NCBI RefSeq assembly: GCF_046119375.1
Contig: NW_027362762.1
Location: 603,694,001 to 603,758,000 of the forward strand
Source: Phyllobates terribilis
Lineage: Eukaryota
Reading direction: 5' to 3'
Length of the DNA: 64,000 nt
The translations under genes and the position numbers were made by a program. The notes beneath the pieces were generated by a model. It saw nothing but the letters and a program-made list of their open reading frames with translations, searched no databases and was not told the origin of the DNA. Below are positions 24,296 through 38,044 of this stretch, piece by piece; positions within the stretch are counted from its first letter, which is position 1, and the number at the start of each line of letters is the position of its first letter.

Positions 24296-26600
24296 AGAAT
24301 ACATAGAGATACATCTGTACATAGCAGTGTATTTTTTATGTCTCTGTATTCTAGAGAGAGAATAAAAGAGGTTGTTTTTCTTCCTATAATATTACAAAAA
24401 AATACTGAAAAACAATTACAATAATGTCAGTTTTAATTTGCTTTTTTTTAAATAATAAACATCACAAATCAGCAAATATCATGGACATATTTCGTGTCCC
24501 AGTAATCGTAATGATCCACACAACAGAGCGATCTGATTATTTAGGGGAATCGGTAAATGGCATAAAAAAATGGCATGATTAATATTTTTCTCCTATTAAA
24601 CCCATAACAAATGTAACACTGAGACCATGTTCACACGTAGCGTAAATGCTGAGTTTTTTTCTACTGATTTTTCGTGCATGTTTTCTGCAGGTGTCCACAC
24701 CACATGACGCAATAACAATGTTCTCTAGTTAGACTTGTGAATCAATCCACTCATCTCTAGTCCCAACTGTCCCAGATAAAGTGGACAGTCCTGGATTTGA
24801 GTCTGCACCCTGCAGTCTCAGGCATCTGAATTTATCTCAGGCATCTTCTCAGGCTTCATCTCTCAGGCAATTTCTCTCTCAATTTCTCTTCCCGACCCTC
24901 TGACATCTCCTGCCCGGGTAGAAAGAATTGGTAAATGGGTGTGGATTGGGGTGTGGCCAAAATTTGCTGGGGCACATGATTTGTCCCTCTTCCTATTCTT
25001 GTGAGGTATGTACTGTATATAGGAGTTGGAGACATTATAATAGCTAGTCTCCATACCTTGTTGTGGCAGATCGACACACATGAACTGGCCAAGCGCCTCA
25101 ATTTTATGTATGGAAGTAATGTTGTTTGCATTTCATATATTCAATGTTTGCACATATTTTGATGCCCACAGTGTGCTGCTGCACCTTTTGATTTGTGTTT
25201 AAAGCAGTCACATCAGCTTGCACCTGGTCACACTAGCTTCATTCTATTAAGATGTGCTGATCACCTTTGGTTTTATTGTAACTAGTCTCCACCCACTAGC
25301 TCAGAGAAATTTTAAAATTAGAGAGAACCTTCAGAGCACTAAAGTGGTGAAAAAATGTGGGATACAAATTACATCATTGCCAAAAATGTTGTAATTTTTC
25401 ATGTAAACACAACAGCTTCTTCTGAGAAGTTACCTTATGTACAAAATGTAAATGAATGGTGTTAGTGTTTCCGCAGCACTTTGGCTGTCAGTAGGATCAA
25501 CCCGTTTATATGGGCATGTAGGTCATAGAAGGTTGAATAAAATACCTTGATAGCTGCGATCCAATGACTTATTTCAGAGAAATCCATGGTTTTCTTAATA
25601 TATAAATGAGCTGTTAAGATCTGTGAGCTGGGCATAAATATCCATGAGAATCTGCTTAAAAAGCTTATTTTAAATGAAAGGGGGCATTACCAGTGTGACA
25701 CATGTAGATCAGGAGTTCAGACTGTCAGTCATTACATGTCTCACACTGGTAACACTCCCTTTCATTTAAAATAAGCTCTGGAGGCAGATCCTCATGCAGA
25801 TCAGTGTCCAGCCCATAGAGTTTAGCAGGTCATTTACATATTCGAGAGAAATCCACATTCTTCTTAATAAGTCATTGGATTGCAGATATCAAGATATCAT
25901 TTGATTTTGCTTCCTATGACCTACGTGTCCATATAGATGGCTTACGATGATTGATCCTACTTACAGATTTCCTTTAAGGACTTTTAAACAGTATTATCAA
26001 GTCTTACTTTTTCTTTCTGCACAAGTGCAAGCAGGGGCGTACATAGAAACCATGGGGCCCCATAGCAAAAGTCCTAATTGGACCCCCTCTTCCCTCTCAG
26101 TGGAGTAGGCAGGGTCACGGCGCATAGGAGTCACAGAATGGCATGCCTCATAAATTTAAAACATGTATTACGGCACATATAGAGTAATTTTGCTCCTTTT
26201 GAAGTCCCTTACAGTTCTCTCCCACTACAATATCCCATTTATGGCCCCACAGAGTATGATGCCTCCAAAAATGCATCTAACACATTGCATGATACCTCCA
26301 CATGCATAGTATGATGACCTCAGTATTACCAAAACAGTATGATGTGCCCAAAGTAAATACATCCACACAATATGAGAGCCCCACACAATATGGGACCCCC
26401 ATATCACCTCGCACTGTATAAGGGCCCCACCAATAAAATTTCTCCACATACAGTATGAATGCTCCCACAATGGTCCCCACCACAGAGTATGATGGCCCCC
26501 TATAAGTACTGACTGATAAAAGAAAAGAAAATACTACTTTCCTAGACACGTTCCCCTCTTGCGCTTCTCTGTGCAGCAGGAGACTCAGACAGACAAGCTT

Positions 26601-26842
26601 GCAGCACAGTGGCTCAGTGCAGTGCTGGGGTCCTGGGCTGAAATCCCACCAAGGACAACAGTTTGTATGTTCTCCCCGTGTTTGCGTGGGTTTCCTCCGG
26701 GTTCTCCGGTTTCCTCCCACATTCCAAAGATATACTGACAGGGAATTTAGATTGTGAGCCCCAATGGGGACAGTGATGATAATGTATGAAAAGCGCTGTG
26801 GAATATGTTAGCGCTATATAAAAATAAAGATTATTATTATTA
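26601..26842 (+). mobile_element. V-SINE-like element
   Basis: tRNA-like head; core GTTTGTATGTTCTCCCCGTGTTTGCGTGGGTTTCCTCCGG; L2-type tail AGCGCTGTGGAATATGTTAGCGCTATATAAAAATAAAGA(TTA)n. Confidence 0.8.
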
Positions 26843-27987
26843 AAGGATCAGACCATTGTATTTATTGTCAGACTGGGGTATATAGGACCCACCAGTGACA
26901 TTGATTCTTAGGGCCCACCTTAGCCATACATGATCACAATGAAACACAAAGTTCACATCGCATTGTGCTTCCACTTTTGATCATACAGATCGTTTCAGGG
27001 CAGGAAATAGAAGAGACATTTGCAGCTATGAGAGTCCTCCATGATAGGTAGCTGTATACATTTTACACATAGAGTTCATCTTCTCCTGCTGCCCTTTACT
27101 AATCATGCAAATCAGTGCCAGGCAGAAGAGAATTGTGCAAATATGAACATACAGATAATACTCTAAATGATCAGGCAGAACACTTCATGAGCTCTCTACC
27201 CAATCATTAAGGAAATGAACAAGGGGGTTGTCAATGCTGGGTCCTCCTGATCAGGAACCATAAGACCCAGACTTTTAAGCAAGATATTCTTCTTGCTAAA
27301 AATTGTGTCTTATAGCCCTAAAAATTAATTATATAGAAAAATCTTTAATGGAGTTGTCCTAAATAAATAAAATGATGCACACAGGTAGCAATATATACTC
27401 ATCCTTCTAGCTGGCGATAGGTCCAGTGCCATGTCTCTGATGCTTCTATTCACATGGGCAGCAGATGGCTATGCATTTTTTGCAGCTGGTCAGTGGCATT
27501 CAGCTCGAGACCATGAGGCCAGTGATCTGCAGTCATTGTAAACAGAAGCATCAGGGAATGCCATGCTAGAGATGCCAGGAGCTAGAAATAGGTGTGTTTA
27601 TAGGTTTATTAATTGGGTTTGTGCAGACAAAATGCGCTCATTACCTGGAGGCCAGATTCTGTAAAAATAAATCATTCACCTGCTGTCCCTCACCCGGATC
27701 CATCACAGACCACCCTATGGTCTGTGCCAGCATCAATGATGCCACCATTCTACCAGACACACGACTGGTGCAGCTTGTGATGCATAGAGTTCAAGTCACC
27801 TGCCCGCTGCATCCTATCACAAGATGCAGTGTTCCTGTGTCTGGTAGAATGGTGGCAACCTTGATGTTGGCGCAGACCACAGATTAATCTGCGCTGGATC
27901 CAGAAGAGTGACAGCAGGTGAGTATGATTTATTTTGTTATTTGTACAAAATCTAGCTCACATTTTGCCCAGACAATCTCTTAATGTA

Positions 27988-29615
27988 CAGTACAGACCAA
28001 AAGTTTGGACACACCTTCTTATTTAAAGATTTTTCTGTATTTTCATGACTATGAAAATTGTACATTCACACTGAAGGCATCAAAACTATGAATTAACACA
28101 TGTGGAATTATATACTTAACAAAAAAGTGTGAAACAACTGAAAATATGTCTTATATTCTAGGTTCTTCAAAGTAGCCACCTTTTGCTTTGATGACTGCTT
28201 TGCACACTCTTGGCATTCTCTTGATGAGCTTCAAGAGGTAGTCACCGGAAATGGTTTTCACTTCACAGGTGTGCCCTGTCAAGGTTAATAAGTGGGATTT
28301 CTTGCCTTATAAATGGGGTTGGGACCATCAGTTTTGTTGTGCAGAAGTCTGGTGGATACACAGCTGATAGTCCTACTGAATAGACTGTTAGAATTTGTAT
28401 TATGGCAAGAAATAAGCAGCTAAGTAAAGAAAAACGAGTGGCCATCATTACTTTAAGAAATGAAGGTCAGTCAGTGCGAAAAATTGGCAAAACTTTGAAA
28501 GTGTCCCCAAGTGCAGTTGCAAAAACCATCAAGCGCTACAAAGAAACTGGCGCACATGAGGACCGCCCCAGGAAAGGAAGACCAAGAGTCACCTCTGCTT
28601 CTGAGGATAAGTTTATCTGAGTCACCAGCCTCAGAAATCGCAGGTTAACTGCAGCTCAGATTAGAGACCAGGTCACTGCCACACAGAGTTCTAGCAGCAG
28701 ACACATCTCTTCAACAACTGTTAAGAGGAGACTTTGTGCAGCAGGCCTTCATGGTAAAATAGCTGCTAGGAAACCACTGCTAAGGACAGGCAACAAGCAG
28801 AAGAGACTTGTTTGGGCTAAAGAACACAAGGAATGGACATTAGACCAGTGGAAATCTGTGCTTTGGTCTGATGAGTCCAAATTTGAGATCTTTGGTTCCA
28901 ACCACAGTGTCTTTGTGCGACGCAGAAAAAGTGAACTGATGGACTCTACATGCCTTGTTCCTACCGTGAAGCATGGAGGAGGAGGTGTGATGGTGTGGGG
29001 GTGCTTTGCTGGTGACACTGTTGGGGATTTATTCAAAATTGAAGGCATACTGAACCAGCATGGCTACTACAGCATCTTGCAGCGGCATGCTATTCCATCC
29101 GGTTTGTCTTTAGTTGGACCATCATTTATTTTTCAACAGGACAATGATCCCAAACACACCTCAAGGCTGTGTAAGGGCTAATTGACCAAGAAGGAGAGTG
29201 ATGGGGTGCTACGCCAGATGACCTGGCCTCCACAGTCACCAGACCTGAACCCAATCGAGATGGTTTGAGGTGAGCTGAACCGCAGAGTGAAGGCGAAAGG
29301 GCCAACAAGTGCTAAGCATCTCTGGGAACTCCTTCAAGATTGTTGGAAGACCATTTGCGGTGACTACCTCTTGAAGCTCATCAAGAGAATGCCAAGAGTG
29401 TGCAAAGCAGTCATCAAAGCAAAAGGTGGCTACTTTGAAGAACCTAGAATATAAAACATATTTTCAGTTGTTTCACACTTTTTTGTTAAGTATATAATTC
29501 CACATGTGTTAATTCATAGTTTTGATGCCTTCAGTGTGAATGTACAATTTTCATAGTCAAGAAAATACAGAAAAATCTTTAAATGAGAAGGTGTCCAAAC
29601 TTTTGGTCTGTACTG
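27988..29615 (+). mobile_element. Full-length Tc1-like DD38E transposon
   Basis: TA TSD; TIR CAGTACAGACCAAAAGTTTGGACAC; 1628 bp. Confidence 0.95.
28402..29454 (+). pseudogene. DD38E transposase with three in-frame stops and no frameshift
   Basis: 351 codons; stops at 28618, 29179 and ~29266; WSDE...QQDND-(38 aa)-E. Confidence 0.9.
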
Positions 29616-30483
29616 TACATGTATTACTTCTGCTGATACCTATGATCCACAGGCCGCATGTATCAGGCAGCGGCTGTATGATCCCAGCCAGGTATGTCTT
29701 TCACTGAAACAATGCAGTATTTCAGAGAAAAACATACTTTATTTGGCCTCTTTCACATTTCAGTATCTCCAGTATGTGTGGTGCCAGTTTTCACACCTCC
29801 TGGAGACACTTACGTAGACCCATTCGAATGGGCCTGCATACATGTTAGTGTGTTTCCACAGACCGTGTTTTGCACGGCGCACGGGCCGCAAAGCGTCCAA
29901 CGCTGATGACATTGGTGTGTAATCACTGTGACACGTACCGGCGCCTGGGAATCAGTAATACAGTTCCCAAGCGCTGGGTGCTGGAGGTAAGTCTAATCAT
30001 TGTCCCCCGCTTGCGTTGTTCTCAACGTGTGCGGTCGCTTCAAGCCAGGTTAGTATAATTTTTTTATTTTATTATTTTTACACCAGGACACTGCAAGGGG
30101 AGGGATACTACTCTCAACATTGTCCCTTGCTCGCGTTGATTGCAGCACAAGCAGGGGACCATGATGAGAGATTCCTTCAGCACCCAGTGCTTGGGAACAG
30201 CGCTAACTGTACTGCTGATTCCCAAGCGCTGGTACGTGTGATACTGATGCGACACACAGGCGGCACATCAAGACATGTGAAACAGGCCTTAGCAGCCAGG
30301 GAAGGAGCTGTGCTGTAGACTAGTCATACTGGCGAGTTCCCACCTGCTGCCAGTGACTGACAGGTCTCTGCCTAAGTGTGCATATAGGCAGCTACCTGTT
30401 TGTTTCTGCAGGGTACGGTGAGAAGCTGCCAGGGACCTGCCTGTATGACTAGTCTACAGCAGAGCTCCATCCCCAGCTGCTAA

Positions 30484-31488
30484 TGTGGCGCCCTGCTGCG
30501 CACTGGTGCCACAGGACCCAGAAGGGTGCATGGATGGACTTCTCCACAAGAAGCCCTCACACATTCACACACCTCCACCCTACCACCTCAGACCACCAGA
30601 GGAAGCCCGTCAGGGATATATAAAGGGAGGGTGGAGCCAGGCAGCTCAGTTAGTGGTTAGTGTGCTCAGTGAGAGAGCAGCACGCAGGCAAGTTGAGGCA
30701 TACAGCATGCACTGAAGCCTAGTGAGGGCCCTGAGTGGGCCGAAGGCGAGAGGAGAAGGAAGAAGTAGCGAGGGGGCAGAGGAGCATACCAGGCTCACCC
30801 CGATATATATACCGGACACCGGGTCCGCGCCTACAGGGACCATTTATACCCAGTAGGAACCACCGGAGCCCCTGGAGGACTACAGGTCCCAGGTTCACTA
30901 AATGCTGATTACAGTACCAGGGCTAGGAGTCACGGAGGCCCCAGCGTCCAGGGAGAGTGATCTCCAAGAAAAGGCCCTACCACCAGGTCAGCAGGTGCAG
31001 AGAGAGACAGTAACCAAGCTAGGCCTAGTTCCAGGCAGGCCAGAAGCTTAGCGAGAAAAGCCACGGATCAGGAGGCCCTAAAAGTGCACCCTTCGCCCGG
31101 AGTACCCTGGACCGTGCCTGCACCATCACCAGTAAAGGTACTGAAGCTTACCCCCGTGTGAGTGTCCGTCTTTCCTCCGGGACCGTCCTGCCGTCTCTCC
31201 CCTACACCACCATCCATTACACCCCACGCTGCCCTGGAGCTAGCTCTACCTGTGGAGAGCCACACCATCCCTGCTGCTGTAACACCAGCTCCAGAGGACT
31301 GCTCCGCAGCGGCGGCTCCCCTTAGCCGCATTCCACAGGTGGCGTCACGAACTTTACAAATCCCTTATAAATATTCCCCTTTTTACTGACCGCCCTGGGT
31401 CACGGACCGGGCCAGCCACCGTGATATCCCCCACCGGCATACACCGAGGCCCGGCTGCCGAGGACCCCACGACCCAGGGGGCGCGTCA
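30484..31488 (+). mobile_element. Solo LTR-like unit A (TGTGGC...GCGTCA family)
   Basis: TSD CTAA; internal CCACA-GG-TGGCGTCACGAAC at 31340. Confidence 0.8.
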
Positions 31489-31858
31489 CTAATAAAGTCT
31501 GTTTTTCACTGAAATACTGCAGTGTTTCAGAGCCTGACAAACCCAGCTGGTTTCATACAGCCTGTGCCTGATACATGCAGCCCACAGTTTAGGCAGCATG
31601 TATCAGGCTCACTTTAAATATATTTATTCATCTGTATGTTCACATGTGGCACTTCAGCCCCAGCACACGGGGCTTTTCTTAAACTTGTAATGGAGCTGAA
31701 ATGCCACATGTGACCATATGTGAATACATGGATGTACTAAATACATGTGAATCACATACACATGTACACAGATACATGGACATGACACACACAGAAACAT
31801 ATCAGACACACACATGCACACACATTACATCTGCACTTACCCTTTCTGCAGATGATTG

Positions 31859-33099
31859 TGACGCGTCCCCAGGGCCGTGGGGTCCTCGGCAGCCGGGCCT
31901 CTGGTTGTCGGGGGATATCACGGTGGCTGGCCCGGCCCGTGACCCAGGGCGGTCAGTAAAAAGGGGAAGATATTGGGGATTTGGGAAAGTGTTCGTGACG
32001 CCACCTGTGGAATGCGGCAAAGGGGTGCCGCCGCTGCAGAGCAGTCCTCTGGAGCTGGTGTTATGGCAGCAGGGATAGTGTGGCTCTCCACAGGTAGAGC
32101 TCGCTCCAGGGCAGTGTAGGAAGATGGTGGCTGCGCTGGGCGTTGTAGTGCGGTGAGGGAAAAGTGGTGCAGATAAAGAATGGACGGAGGCAGTGCGGTG
32201 CAGTCATCCGAGTCTTTACTCACAGTTCTTATGGCAGTTCCACTGGTGCACTGTACGGGTGCTAGCCTCCCACGTCGCGCTGCGTTCACCAGGCAGGGGT
32301 TCAGCACTTCCTCAGGCAGATTAGGAGTACCGGACAGAACCCCACTTTCTTGTGTTCCTAGCTAGACCGACTTCACACTGGGTCTTTCTCCCTCCTGCCC
32401 TGCGCTGCCCACTCTCAATCCCGCTCGGGTGCTCTGAAGTCCCTCCTGTGCGTCGGAGTTCCCGGACCTGATTGACCCTCCTGGGAATTAGAATGCGGCT
32501 TCGGCAACTGACTATATAAGCCAGAAGCCTCCGGTTTTTCCAGCCGAGACTTGAAGTACACGACTGGGCCAGGGGCTGGTCCCCTTCTTGCGGCCTATGA
32601 TCCCTCTGTCTTCTGACAGATTCGGGGCGTACGGGTGCCTTCCTGCACTCGCCGTACCCACTAGGATCCCTTCTTAGAATGGAGCCTACTTCTCTGCTCC
32701 CCTCCTGGGCCTCTATCACTAGGCCCCTACTTGTGGAGCAGAGCTCCTACTGAGACTCTGCTCCCGGACTGTTCTCCACTCACTAGCCTACTCAACTGAT
32801 CTGCCACTCTAAGATGGCTCCCCTTTATATACACCTACTGCTATAGTGTACTACTTCCTCCACCCACACCCACTACTGGTTCCCCCTACCTCTGGGTTCC
32901 CCCCACTCCAGCCATGGTCAGGGCTCAGCAGAAAAACACATTGCATCTTGCCCTTCCAGCTGGCCTGGAGCAGTGTAGTGTTGGATGCAGGTGTTTGGGG
33001 TTCCGGGCAGCACTCCCTCCTTACCTGAGAGAAGGAGACACCACACCTCTGTGTGAGGTGCAGTACCTCTGTGGCGACTGAACCCTCAGGGGTGCCACA
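31859..33099 (-). mobile_element. Solo LTR-like unit B (same family)
   Basis: TSD CAAT (ATTG on plus at 31855-31858 and 33100-33103); PBS-like TGGCGTCACGAACA at 32003-31990. Confidence 0.8.
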
Positions 33100-33751
33100 A
33101 TTGCGCATGATGCATGCTGCCCTGGACAGCAGTGGGACCTTCACTTCCAGATTCTTCTTCCTGTAGCCTGTACTTCTATGTTCTCTCTGGAGCAGGTTCC
33201 CATCCTCTTGGGGCCCAACTGCAGAGCTGTCTTGCTTTAATTGCAGGGCAGGAGGGGGAGAGCGGAGCACTAATATATTTAGAAGAGGAAGCAGAGAGAG
33301 CAGGGGCCATGTTATAAAGCAGCCGCTCTGCTCTCCTGGAGGCCTGAGCTGGTGGGCAGAGCCTCCTCTCCTGCTCTAACAGAGTAGACACTGAGGCATC
33401 CTCTGCGCCGCTGACATAGTGCAGCCAGAGCTGGATCCTTCACCCGACTCCAGCTCCCTGAATCCTCCGGTGGTTCTGATTTTGCCTGATTGTTTTCAAC
33501 TGTATCTGCATCCCAAGGATCCAGATTTATATAGTGTGACCAAGTTGTCAAGCACTTTTCCAAGTGATGCTAAAATCGCTTGGAAAAGCGCTTGCCAACC
33601 CGCATGCGAAATCGCATGTGAAAAATGCGGGACATATGCTTGTCCCTGGCAGAAAAACGCATGTAAAATCTGCATGCGTTTTTTCTGCCAGGGAGATGCA
33701 GAAACGCTCAGGAAAAAATCCGGAGCATTTCTGCATCATGGGCACATAGAC

Positions 33752-34860
33752 TTAGTCCAGAAGTTTGTGGACTTCCCTAAGATTGATCATTTGGATGTTC
33801 TGCATTCTCTTGAATAGGGCCCTTTCTATGGCTTCAGCACTGCCAAAAGTTCGTTCAAGTCTCTGACAGGCAGCAGCGAGACCTGCTCCTGATTGTCCCA
33901 CATAGCCAGTCCTAATGCTCTTGATACGATTTGTAGAGCCTGGGCCCAACTATTTGATCATGGGATCGAGCTGCTGCTCCGCAGATAGATTGAAATCAGT
34001 AATGGCATAATTGAAGGTTGCTTTCGAGGCAATGTAGTTTTCTGCACAGTTGTCAAATTTCGTGAGACTTGTGTGGATTTGCTCCCTGCTCACCATGAAC
34101 ATGGCAAACTCAGACATGTCTGATTTTTCATTCCTTGATGCCATGTCAACTTGTGGTGCCCCTTGAGCATATAAGCTGTCTGACATGAAGGGGTGAGATG
34201 TTCCCAGGTAGAATACTGATCAACTGGATCGTCTTCTTCCCATCGTGACAGGCAAACTGGATCAAGACTCAATACTTGTTCAAGTACTTTTACCTTGGCT
34301 AGTGCAATACCTTTTTCCATATGTTTGAAGAATGTTTATCCAAGCCTCTGCCTCTGCTCTCTCTCTTTGCCTGAGCCTCTGCGTCTGCTTTCTTGGCTTC
34401 TGCATCTGCTTCTGCTTTCTTGGCTTGAGCTTCTGCATCTGCTTCCTTTTTTGTGAAGGAACGTTTTTTGTGTTTTTTGTGTTTTCATTGGCTTTAAGCC
34501 ATCATTATCAACATTAACAGAAATAAACACTTGAAATAGATCACTCTGTTTGTAATGACTCTCTATAATATGAGTTTTTGTATTGAAGAACTGAAATAAA
34601 TTAACTTTTTGATGATATTCTAATTTTGTGAGATGCACCTGTATGTGAACTGGTTTCTTGCAAATGAGTGATACAGAGTTCTGCTTTAACCTTAACACCC
34701 ATCTCTTTCTCTGTCTATTGATTCTGCTTTGTTCCAACAAAGCTTCATCGATATTGGAGTCTTTTAGAAAAGTCACATACCTTGCAGACAGTATCTTGTA
34801 TCTTTCATGAGCTGTGGTCACCCATATAATAGCGTCTTGTAAACTCACTGCAACACTTTT
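33752..34860 (-). pseudogene. BEL/Pao retrotransposon gag fragment, interrupted by a Tc1 TIR piece (~34470-34650)
   Basis: LTKFDNCAENYIA.KATF...LSAEQQLD.MIK.LG...RLERTFGSAEAIERALFKR resembles BEL/Pao gag. Confidence 0.7.
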
Positions 34861-37800
34861 TTAGTGTTGAAAATTTGACATGAGGGAGGCGACTCATTCC
34901 CACAGACCTTCCAGGTTATTTTAGAGCTCATCCTTTGCGGTATGCTAGTTTTAGTCGTGCGATTTGGTCTGCTATAAGTGTGGGCTCTGCTTCCTGCTCT
35001 TCATAATGTTCAGAATCAGGTTGCACTTGCTGTATTTCAGTGATGGGAGATAGCGCAGGACATTTTTTGGCCATTTTGATTTTGGGTGCCAAAAATTATT
35101 GCACAGCTTCAATGGATCACTCCAATAAGATTACCAAATACTTTGAGTGAATTACGGCGTTTTCAGTCTGGGTGACCATTGCTATGTGGAAAATTGTTAT
35201 AGGAATCTCAGGTAAAATACGCAGAAAATCTCTTCAAAAGGTGTGATCTGAGGTGAAATTGCGCATGTACAAATTGTACTTTAATTGTGCAAGCAAAGGG
35301 TTCATTTAAACATGAAAACAGCTTAGTGAAGATTGCAGAAGGCTTCTAGGCGAGTGTAGATTACTGCTGACACACTGCGCCTCTCTCTGGCTGACTTGCC
35401 TGTTGCTAGGGAGATTCCTGTGTGAGAAGCAGCTGCGCTCTGGTGTGCAGGCATAAGGCAGACACGATGACTGGCCTCTTAGACAATTTCCGACTGTTCT
35501 GTCTCTACATAAGGTGAATGGAGGTGTAGCTAACTGATAGGATGCTGTGAGATTTTTCCCAGCCATCATTATACAACTGGCATCAGTCTGTTGAGCAGTA
35601 ACCGTACCTTGCCCTGATCACTGCTGTCTTACTATTTATTTAAATATTGCTGTCAGTCACTGACAGAAGCATTTAAATTATGTGATTGCCAGTTCAAACC
35701 TGCATCAGCTTCCATCCCACCCCTCCCATAAATAAATGGGATTGCAGGGTATCAATGACTTGTCATGGCAGCAGTGAGCCTGCTAAAGGCCCCCATGGCT
35801 TCCATCTTTGTCCTCTTGTGAAGATCAGCCCATGGACTGGCTTTATAGAACTTTTAATTTTGTCTATATATTACAATACTTTAGTATCAGACAATCCCCT
35901 ACTGCACTAAAAAGGAAAGTAAAAAATTAAACTAGCATTTTTTAAAAACTACAAAAAATCGAATAACCCTCTTTTCCCCCATTAAAAATAAAGACAATTT
36001 TTTATATATGGTGTTGCTGCTTACACCACACTGAGAAACCTGCTCTAAGCTATGGTGGGGGCATGTTTTTCTTTCCTTTGAGTGTTACTGCCTGCTTATG
36101 ATTGGCTAGCATCATATACTGAGAAGAAGCAAATGCCCCCATGAACACCATCTGAAGCTATCTGATAACACCCATGTGGACTTAAAAATTAACTCATTAG
36201 GAGCCAAACACTTTTCATTGATAATATCTCTGAAACAGAGAGACGAAATTAGAAAAAAAAAAGTTTTATTCCACTGTGCAGCCACTATTACAGCATCTGT
36301 CCAGTTCAACTTGAAAAATTTGATGCAAGGTCCCCTTATAGAAGGATAATGATATAATAGAGATAGCATGAAGTCTAGACTCTTTTATACATTTTTTTAT
36401 TTTTTTTTATGGTGGGTGTGGGGCCGGGGTGCCACCAATATTTTCCATACTATTATATTCCATACTATTATAAGATGTTACTAAAACAATAGAGGGGTAA
36501 TTCCTGAAAAATGTGACCAGTTGCATTACAAAAGAAAAAAGTAAAAGGCGATTGTGGCATTTGTAAGGTTTAGACTCGTGAAGAAGTGGATAGACGTTTT
36601 CTTTGGAATAATGTTATTCATTCGTAAGAGTAATGAGGGATGGGGTATACAAGAGAAAAAATGGCAGCATGGAAAATGTTAAGAAAGTGACAGAGCATGT
36701 GGGAAGCAGAAAGAATCTGTTGTAAGCACAGTTACTGTCACATAATGTACCAATAAAGTTGAAAAACAATTTTGGACAAGTGACAAATATTCTTATATTT
36801 TATTCCAATACAGGAATATGTATAGCTAACTTTTAGAACAAGGTCATAGGTCACATCCAAAAATGTGCACACATTTATGGGTCAGAAAGCATTTAGGCTG
36901 CATCGAATGCCATAATGAAAGATGTCAAAGATTTGTTTAGCTCCAGCAGGATTTATTACATCCTCATACTGGTCAATGCAATAACCAGGAGCACTATTAT
37001 AAGAATGTGTTCAATTACAAGTCTATATAAATCCAAAATATCTTTACATGTAATGACAAAATATAACATGTAAAGTAACATTTATATTGCTATGCTCTAT
37101 GAAGTTAAACTTAAAATTTCACTTTTGTATAACTTTAAGTTCAATACTACCATCTAGAGGTTAAAATGGTAAAGCTGACAAATAGCAAGCTAGAATTAAT
37201 TTTTAAAAATCCACGCTATATACAGTATGAACTGTGAACTGTTAACTGAGAATTAATTTCTTCAGTTTAAAGACTGCTCCCAACAAAGAGTGAAAATCAC
37301 ACTGCACAGTCTCAACAACAAAGTATCATAATTAGTGATGAGCGAACATTCTCCCTACTGCTCGGTACTCGCCCGAGCATCTCACTCCTCGAGATGCTCG
37401 GCGCTCGCCGAGTATTTCTGGGGTTGCTCGGCGGGAGCTTGGGTCCCCTCCCTGCATGTTTGGCGCTCTTTACAGAGCCAATGAGCATGCAGGGATTGTC
37501 TGCCACACACTGTAATGCCATAGCCATGTTGGTTGTGGCATTACAGTGATTGGCTGGCTGCACAGCGTCATCAGGTCTTTATAACACCTGGCGCCCCCAT
37601 GCTCGTCACAGTCTACTCCGGAAATAGGCAGAGTAGGGAGAGGTGCTGCTGAGCTAGGGAGAGATTTGCTTGTTTCTTAGTTAAAGTAGGTATACCACCA
37701 TATATTATACACATATCCTTCTCAACTAACAGTCCTTCTGAGGACTAATCCAGCTGCATAGATATCAGTGCTAGGCAGGCAGTGTATGTGGCAGACTGCA

Positions 37801-38044
37801 ATACATATAGCAAGAAAGTCCATTCCAGTTCTGTCTGCTGCTGGTGCTTTTGCAGATATTTCTAAAAATAGCCCCAGGTATCAGGGGCCAGGAATAATTT
37901 ATTTTTGGACCCGTAGAAGCGTGATAGACACGTGAAATGGCTGTCGTCCGCAAAAGGCGCCGCTTCCCTGCATTTTTAATGGAAATGGAATAAAAGAAGA
38001 TTTTATTACATCGGTATGCCACCTCGCTTTCTTCATGTATGAAT

